From assembly GCA_947628575.1 (NCBI GenBank), contig CANRAK010000003.1, positions 1 through 32,339 on the forward strand: a stretch of 32,339 nt of DNA, read 5' to 3'. Made by a program: the position numbers and the translations under genes. This DNA comes from an uncultured Clostridia bacterium (GTDB taxonomy: Bacteria; Bacillota; Clostridia; TANB77; CAG-465). Shown one piece after another: positions 26,703 to 32,339 of the stretch. Below the pieces are notes generated by a model that saw only the letters and a list, made by a program, of their open reading frames with translations, was not told the DNA's origin and ran no database searches. Position 1 is the first letter of the stretch, and the number at the start of each line of letters is the position of its first letter.

Positions 26703-27351
26703 AGATATAATAGAAGAAGAAAGTACAAAAGAATATTACAAAGAGCTACATGAATTTGTGTATAAAGCATATGAGGAGAGTACAGTTTTTCCAGATAAGA
26801 AAAATATATTTGCAGCACTTAAATATACCCCTTATGAAAATGTAAAAGTAGTAATTTTAGGACAAGACCCATATCATGGTCTTGGTGAAGCACATGGAAT
26901 GGCATTTTCAGTGTGTCCTGGTATTAAGACACCACCATCACTTCAAAATATATATAAAGAGTTAAATCAAGAATTAGGATGTTATATTCCTAATAATGGT
27001 TATTTAATGAAATGGTCTAAACAAGGTGTATTACTTTTAAACTCAGTTTTAACTGTAAAAAAAGATACTCCTGCATCTCATAGAGGAATAGGCTGGGAGA
27101 CTTTTACAGATAGAATAATAGAGGAAATTAATAAAAAAGAAGAACCTGTAGTATTTATGCTTTGGGGAAATTTTGCTAGATCTAAAAAATATTTAATTAC
27201 TAACCCTAAACATCTAGTACTTGAGGCTCCACATCCAAGTCCATTTTCTGCAAGAACAGGATTTTTTGGATGTAACCATTTTATAAAAGCAAATGAATTT
27301 TTAATAGCTAATAATAAAGAGCCTATAGATTGGCAAATAGAAAATATATAG
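26689..27351 (+). CDS. ung: Uracil-DNA glycosylase, family 1
   Basis: GQDPYH, PPSL.NI.KEL, GVLLLN..LTV, LWG and HPSPFS. Start moved from 26665 to ATG 26689 (GGAGG at 26679-26683). Confidence 0.97.
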   Translation: MNHFKDIIEEESTKEYYKELHEFVYKAYEESTVFPDKKNIFAALKYTPYENVKVVILGQDPYHGLGEAHGMAFSVCPGIKTPPSLQNIYKELNQELGCYIPNNGYLMKWSKQGVLLLNSVLTVKKDTPASHRGIGWETFTDRIIEEINKKEEPVVFMLWGNFARSKKYLITNPKHLVLEAPHPSPFSARTGFFGCNHFIKANEFLIANNKEPIDWQIENI

Positions 27352-27353
27352 AT

Positions 27354-27379
27354 ATGCAGGATATTAAGTTATCCTGCAT
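27354..27379 (+). terminator. Probable terminator
   Basis: ATGCAGGATA-ttaagt-TATCCTGCAT followed by a T-rich tail. Confidence 0.7.
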
Positions 27380-27439
27380 TTATGTTTTATTAAAATACAT
27401 ATTTTAAAAATCAAATTCATATATATTATTGGTGATATT

Positions 27440-28219
27440 ATGAAAGTTTTTGTTTTAGGTGAAGATAAAAGAAGTATGAATTTAAGAAAGATATATAATT
27501 GTAGTTCAACTAAGTTTGAAGATGCAGATGTTATATTTTGTCCTATACCATTTTCTAAAGATAATATAAAAATTAACGGTGAAAACATAAAAATTGATAC
27601 ATTAATTGATGCATTAAGAGGTAAGGATAAAATATTAATCTCAGGCGTTATAAATGATGAAATTAGAGAAAAATTTGAAGAAAATAATATAAAATATTAT
27701 GACATAATGCAATTTGAAGAATTTAGTGTTATGAATGCTATTGCTACAAGTGAAGGAGCGATAAAAAAGGCTATTGAAATGACAGATAAAACACTTAATA
27801 ACTCTAATATATTAATACTTGGATATGGCAGAATTGGAAAGATTTTAGCACATAATTTAAGTGGATTTGGTGCTAAAATATATTGTGAAGCAAGAAAAGA
27901 AAAAGATATTGCATTAATTAAAAGTATGGGATATAATGAAGTAGATTTAAGTAGTTTAGATTATGTTTTGCCAGATATGGATATTATTTTTAATACTATA
28001 CCACATATTATGTTAGATAAAGATATAATAGATATATTAAAAGAAGATGTTAGTATTATAGACTTAGCATCAGCACCAGGTGGTGTAGACTTTGAATATT
28101 GCTCTAAAAAAGATATAAATGTGTGTTGGTATTTAGCTATTCCATCAAAAGATTCGCCATATTCTGCTGCTATGTACATAAAAGATACTATGGATAAAAT
28201 ATTAGGAGAGGTTAACTAA
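27440..28219 (+). CDS. spoVFA: Dipicolinate synthase subunit A
   Basis: GEDKR (GGD.R-like), PIPFS.D, NAIATSEGAI, ILGYGRIGK, FNTIP and IDLASAPGGVDF. Confidence 0.88.
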   Translation: MKVFVLGEDKRSMNLRKIYNCSSTKFEDADVIFCPIPFSKDNIKINGENIKIDTLIDALRGKDKILISGVINDEIREKFEENNIKYYDIMQFEEFSVMNAIATSEGAIKKAIEMTDKTLNNSNILILGYGRIGKILAHNLSGFGAKIYCEARKEKDIALIKSMGYNEVDLSSLDYVLPDMDIIFNTIPHIMLDKDIIDILKEDVSIIDLASAPGGVDFEYCSKKDINVCWYLAIPSKDSPYSAAMYIKDTMDKILGEVN

Positions 28220-29070
28220 TGGGAGAAAAAATAAATGTAAAAGAAATTGTTACAAGAAGAAAAAAAATGCTAAAAAAAGAAGTTGAAAGCTTAAAAAATA
28301 AAGGGCTAGTACCTAAGCTTGCTGTAATTTTAGCAAGTGATGATGAAGCATCTAAGATATATGTTGGAAAAAAGAGAAAAATGTGTGAAGAACTTGGAGT
28401 ATTGCAACAAGAGTACATTTTAGATGAAAGTGTTACTACAGATGATGTGGTAAATATAGTTGAAAAATTAAATAATGATAGCACTGTTAATGGTATACTT
28501 GTACAGTTACCATTATTTAAGCATTTAGATATGGACAAGATATTAGATAGTATATCATATAAAAAAGATGTTGATGGATTTCATCCACTAACTCTTGGAA
28601 AACTATTTATAGGGGAACATGAAACATTTATTCCATGTACACCAAAGGGTATAATGACAATACTTGATGATATTAATACAGAGTATGAAGGAAAGCATGC
28701 TGTAATAGTAGGAAGAAGTAGGATAGTAGGAAAACCTATATCACAAATACTTTTAAAAAGAGGTGCTACAGTTACAATATGCCATTCTAAAACTCAAGAT
28801 ATATCACTATATACAAAGCAGGCAGATATACTTGTTGTAGCAGTTGGAAAACCACATATTGTAACAAAAGATATGGTAAAAAAAGGTGCAATAGTTGTAG
28901 ATGTTGGTATTAATAGAATAGATGGTAAAATAATAGGCGATGTAGATACAGAAAATGTACTAGAAGTATGTAGTAAAATAACACCTGTTCCTGGAGGAGT
29001 AGGAATTACAACAGTTTTATCTTTACTTGAAAATGTGGTACAAGCTTGTAAATACCAAAATAAAAACTAG
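28219..29070 (+). CDS. folD: Bifunctional methylenetetrahydrofolate dehydrogenase/cyclohydrolase
   Basis: AS..YV..K, GILVQLPL, KDVDGFHP, PCTPKG, GRS.IVGKP, DVGINR and TPVPGGVG. Confidence 0.97.
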   Translation: MGEKINVKEIVTRRKKMLKKEVESLKNKGLVPKLAVILASDDEASKIYVGKKRKMCEELGVLQQEYILDESVTTDDVVNIVEKLNNDSTVNGILVQLPLFKHLDMDKILDSISYKKDVDGFHPLTLGKLFIGEHETFIPCTPKGIMTILDDINTEYEGKHAVIVGRSRIVGKPISQILLKRGATVTICHSKTQDISLYTKQADILVVAVGKPHIVTKDMVKKGAIVVDVGINRIDGKIIGDVDTENVLEVCSKITPVPGGVGITTVLSLLENVVQACKYQNKN

Positions 29071-29089
29071 TAGTTAATAGCTACTAGTT
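29065..29089. terminator. Bidirectional terminator
   Basis: AACTAGTAG-ttaatag-CTACTAGTT flanked by A- and T-runs between convergent genes. Confidence 0.75.
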
Positions 29090-29588
29090 ATTTTTTGTTA
29101 ATATCAAATAAGTCAAAATAGTATTTTTGAGGATCATGCTTTTTAGCATAAATATCAATTGAATAATTATAATCATAAGGACTAACTAGCGGTGTAACAG
29201 TACTTTGCTTATTATAAAATTTAGCATAGTAACTATCTAATGGTAGTTTTATCATAAGAGTAGGGTCAATGATATAATTATCAACTTCAATCCATACATG
29301 TGAGCCATCCTCAGAGTTTTTTGAGTTTTTAAGTATTTCTACTTTTCCTGTGCATATAGAAGCATTATCAAATATAGTTGCAATATAGTAAGATGTAAGT
29401 AAGCAGTTTCCAATATTAAAGCCTTCTTTAAATATTTTGCCTAGAGTAGTTTTGTTATTTCCATCTAAGAAGACAATATTAAAAATACTTTTTCTTAAAT
29501 CTTTATCCCAAGCAAATGCTTCTAAATTAATTCTTCTTTGTTTGGATATAATTTTCCTTAACATTGTTGAAGGTAACATTAGTATCAC
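29088..29588 (-). CDS. Hypothetical protein with a transglutaminase/papain-like Cys-His-Asp signature
   Basis: GNCLLTS ... SHVWIEVDNYIIDPT. The start may be ATG 29579. Confidence 0.6.
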   Translation of the reverse strand: MILMLPSTMLRKIISKQRRINLEAFAWDKDLRKSIFNIVFLDGNNKTTLGKIFKEGFNIGNCLLTSYYIATIFDNASICTGKVEILKNSKNSEDGSHVWIEVDNYIIDPTLMIKLPLDSYYAKFYNKQSTVTPLVSPYDYNYSIDIYAKKHDPQKYYFDLFDINKK

Positions 29589-29651
29589 TTCCTATATTTT
29601 TTTATTTAGGAGAGTAATTGTAACATAATAGATGTAACTTGTAAATAATTA

Positions 29652-29680
29652 TTGTAAAAAATTACAAAAAATGTTATAAT
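29652..29680 (+). promoter_or_regulatory. Sigma-A promoter
   Basis: TTGTAA, 17 bp, TATAAT with an extended -10 TG. Confidence 0.65.
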
Positions 29681-29705
29681 TCTAAAAAAATGAGGAGGCA
29701 CTTTT

Positions 29706-30590
29706 ATGTGGACATTTTTTTGTCTTTTTACAGTAGCAGCATGGGCATTAACTGAGCTTTTTGGTAAAATGGGTTCAAAGCAAAATGAACAAGATAAGTT
29801 GAGTCACTGGAAAATTACATCAATAGTAGGATTTGCCATGGGAGCACTTGCATTAATTTACATAGTCTTTTTAAAGACAGATGTATCACTTAGTAATATA
29901 ATGTCATATTTACCTATTTCATTATGTTATATAGTATCAATGATATTTGGATATGTAGGACTTAGATATATAATGCTATCTATATCTTCACCTGTATCAA
30001 ATGCATCTTGTGGTGTAACTTCTATACTTTGTGTAATATTTTTAAACCAAATTTTAGGGCCTATACAAATATTAGCAGTTGTTACAATAGTTTTAGGAAT
30101 AATAATATTAGGCTATACTTTTGTAGATAGAGAAGCACAAAAAGCAAGTGATAAAAAATATACAAAAAGTCTAATTGCTTTAATGTTTCCACTATTATAT
30201 TGTATTTTAGATGGTATAGGATCATATTTAGATGCATTATATCTAAATGACTGTATAATGACTGAAAATGAAGTAACTGTTTGTTACTTTTTAACATTTT
30301 TTGTAGTTGGTCTTATAGCATGGATATATGTTGGAATAAGAGAAAAGAAAGTATATAACATATTTGAAAATAAATGGTTTTGCTATCAGTCAATTGGAGA
30401 GGCTGTAGGACAAATAACTTATGTATTTGCACTAGCTGAAGCACCTGCTATAGCAGCACCATTAATAGCTACATACAGTGTTGTATCTGTGCTATTATCT
30501 AGAATATTCTTAAAAGAGAAATTATCTAAATTTCAGTATGTTGTAATAGCAGTTGTAATGGTTGCTATGTTTATATTATCTTTTGAATAG
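29706..30590 (+). CDS. DMT/EamA family transporter
   Basis: About 10 hydrophobic helices in two repeats. SISSP and APLIA...VVSVLLSRIFLKEKLS. Confidence 0.9.
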   Translation: MWTFFCLFTVAAWALTELFGKMGSKQNEQDKLSHWKITSIVGFAMGALALIYIVFLKTDVSLSNIMSYLPISLCYIVSMIFGYVGLRYIMLSISSPVSNASCGVTSILCVIFLNQILGPIQILAVVTIVLGIIILGYTFVDREAQKASDKKYTKSLIALMFPLLYCILDGIGSYLDALYLNDCIMTENEVTVCYFLTFFVVGLIAWIYVGIREKKVYNIFENKWFCYQSIGEAVGQITYVFALAEAPAIAAPLIATYSVVSVLLSRIFLKEKLSKFQYVVIAVVMVAMFILSFE

Positions 30591-30612
30591 TTATAAAAGG
30601 AGAGTGTGAAGT

Positions 30613-31110
30613 ATGAATTATAGGAAAGCTACAGTAGATGATGCATTATCTATAGCTATTGTTAATGTATATACTTGGAGAACTCAATATACAGGACTTA
30701 TGGAAGAAGAACTAATACAGTATAGAATAAAAAACTTAGAAGAAACATATAAAAATGTAAAAACTAAAATTGAAACTGGCATAGAATACTATGTAGTTGA
30801 AGATAAAAATACTGTAATAGGATTTTGTAGTTTTGGTAGAGCTAAAAATGAAAGATACAAAAATTCTGGTGAAATCTATGCTCTATATATTTTAGAAGGG
30901 TATAAATCTAAAGGAATAGGAAAAGCACTATTTAATATAGCTAAAAAAGAATTACAACAATATAAATATGATACAATGATAGTAAATTGTTTAAAAGGAA
31001 ATCCATCACTTGGATTTTATATCCACATGGGTGGAAAAGTAATAGAAGATAACATTATTGAAAAAAATGGATATAAGCTAAAAGAAGATACATTATTTTA
31101 TAATATATAA
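30613..31110 (+). CDS. GNAT family N-acetyltransferase
   Basis: RKAT..DA..IA, W...Y.G, EIYALY......KGIGK.L and N....FY...GG. Confidence 0.92.
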   Translation: MNYRKATVDDALSIAIVNVYTWRTQYTGLMEEELIQYRIKNLEETYKNVKTKIETGIEYYVVEDKNTVIGFCSFGRAKNERYKNSGEIYALYILEGYKSKGIGKALFNIAKKELQQYKYDTMIVNCLKGNPSLGFYIHMGGKVIEDNIIEKNGYKLKEDTLFYNI

Positions 31111-31236
31111 ATTTACACCTCATAATTTGACATATATGATATACTAACATAAATGCAATACATTAGAAAACATAATTAATATTCAGTTTGTAGTATAAAA
31201 ATATAATTATAAATTATGAGGAGGGAGAATTTATAT

Positions 31237-31896
31237 ATGAGAGAAGAAAAGGTTTTTGCCAAAGGCTTTTGCTTTGCAAAAATATTTATATTCTTTTTGA
31301 TAGGTTGCCTATTTGGGACATACTATGAACAGATGTTATGGTATTTTAATAACGGTACATGGATAGAAAAGCAAGGACTTATATATGGACCATTCAGCCC
31401 AATATATGGTATAGGTGTAGTAGTATTTATTATTTTTCTAGGAAAGAATAATGATAATAGAGGAATAATAAAAACATATATTTATTCTTGTATAATTGGT
31501 GGAGCAGCAGAGTATATAACTGGATTACTTTCAAATATACTTTTTGGAGTTAAATTTTGGGATTATACAGGATATTATTTAAATATAGATGGACTTACAA
31601 CAATACCATTTATGATGTTTTGGGGTATACTTGGACTTATACTTATGAAGATAATATATCCATATATATCTAATTTAATAGAAAAGATACCATATAAAAT
31701 TGGAATACCAATATATTATTTTATACTAATATTTATGGTATTAAATTGCTTACTTACTCTTATAGCATTTACAAGAATGACTCTAAGAAACGAGGGAAAA
31801 GAGCCAGTAACAATAATAGGCGAGTTTTGTGATAAAAATTATGATGATGAATTTATGTATAAGAATTTTCCAACAATGAAAAAAATTAGTGGTTAA
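31237..31896 (+). CDS. Putative ABC-transporter permease (DUF1113/CmpB-like membrane protein)
   Basis: F..G...G..YE, G..YGPFSPIYG.G, EY.......FG..FWDY.....N..G. GAGGAGGG favours ATG 31237 over the track start 31216. Confidence 0.8.
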   Translation: MREEKVFAKGFCFAKIFIFFLIGCLFGTYYEQMLWYFNNGTWIEKQGLIYGPFSPIYGIGVVVFIIFLGKNNDNRGIIKTYIYSCIIGGAAEYITGLLSNILFGVKFWDYTGYYLNIDGLTTIPFMMFWGILGLILMKIIYPYISNLIEKIPYKIGIPIYYFILIFMVLNCLLTLIAFTRMTLRNEGKEPVTIIGEFCDKNYDDEFMYKNFPTMKKISG

Positions 31897-31930
31897 AAAA
31901 TAGCATATAACATTATATGTTATTTTTTTT
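31895..31930 (+). terminator. Intrinsic terminator
   Basis: AAAAAATAgCATATA, loop, TATATGtTATTTTTT, then more Ts. Confidence 0.65.
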
Positions 31931-31983
31931 TGTTATCTTTTTTTTAAAATACGTGATATAATATATAGAATAGGAGAGGAAAT

Positions 31984-32339
31984 ATGAAAAAAATTATAAA
32001 GTTTATTATCATTTTTTTAGTTCTTATTATTGCTATTTTATCACCTTTTATACATGAAGGGTACGATATGTATAAAAGAGCATTAGAAGAAGAGCCTATA
32101 AGTAAAAAATTAGAAGAAATAAAGCAAAAAGAAAATTATACTAAACTAGAAGATTTACCTAAGATGTATGTTAATGCTGTAATTGCAGCAGAAGACCATA
32201 GATTTTACAAGCATGGTGCTATTGATTTATTATCTGTAGCAAGAGCTATAATAAACGATATAAAAACAATGAGTTTTGATGAAGGTGGTAGTACAATAAC
32301 GCAGCAGTTATGTAAAAATATATATTTTACACAAGAAAA
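31984..32339 (+). CDS. Peptidoglycan transglycosylase (GT51) domain protein (3' end lies outside the window)
   Basis: Not in the ORF track. ATG 31984 after AGGAGAGG gives MKKIIKFIIIFLVL (TM), then AEDHRFYKHGAID and GGSTITQQLCKN (GT51 motifs 1 and 2). Confidence 0.93.
   Translation, partial: MKKIIKFIIIFLVLIIAILSPFIHEGYDMYKRALEEEPISKKLEEIKQKENYTKLEDLPKMYVNAVIAAEDHRFYKHGAIDLLSVARAIINDIKTMSFDEGGSTITQQLCKNIYFTQE

Noticed and set aside
28981-29015. FolD PGGVGITT instead of PGGVGPMT
   Set aside because: A small local variant with all other catalytic motifs intact; not enough to infer a change of function.
875-30297. Other short overlapping ORFs in the track (875, 1521, 4101, 13586, 14295, 18897, 20855, 22104, 22617, 23556, 25076, 25667, 27364, 27961, 28212, 29437, 30082)
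   Set aside because: All overlap well-supported genes in another frame or strand and show no motifs.
1-32339. tRNA/rRNA genes, CRISPR arrays, IS or prophage elements, diversity-generating retroelement
   Set aside because: Intergenic gaps are all under about 270 bp and are explained by promoters and terminators. I saw no spaced repeats, transposase, integrase, reverse transcriptase or TR/VR pair.

Overview
AT-rich, densely coding chromosomal window from a spore-forming Clostridia-like (Bacillota) bacterium; the taxon is inferred from spoVFA, sigma-A-type promoters, GGAGG ribosome-binding sites and the recJ-rel synteny. About 32 CDS, 28 on the + strand. Housekeeping genes: argS (3' end), rpmF, an RluA-family synthase, prfB, hisC-pheA, rdgB, recJ, rel, ung, spoVFA, folD and a GT51 transglycosylase (5' end). 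Accessory genes: a 1549-aa isopeptide/MucBP/CnaB surface adhesin, a TIM-barrel protein, a beta-hairpin repeat protein with a coupled partner, a prepilin-like membrane protein and a transglutaminase-like protein. I found no RNA genes, CRISPR arrays or mobile elements. Main observations: (1) the Firmicute-type Rel has a degenerate hydrolase domain with substitutions resembling gammaproteobacterial RelA; (2) prfB has no programmed frameshift and none of 31 genes ends in TGA; (3) synonymous codon usage switches abruptly inside the adhesin, whose anchor motif lacks the proline (VTNTG); (4) RdgB and PheA have altered signature motifs; (5) spoVFA has no adjacent spoVFB. All family calls come from reading motifs by eye; no database search was run.
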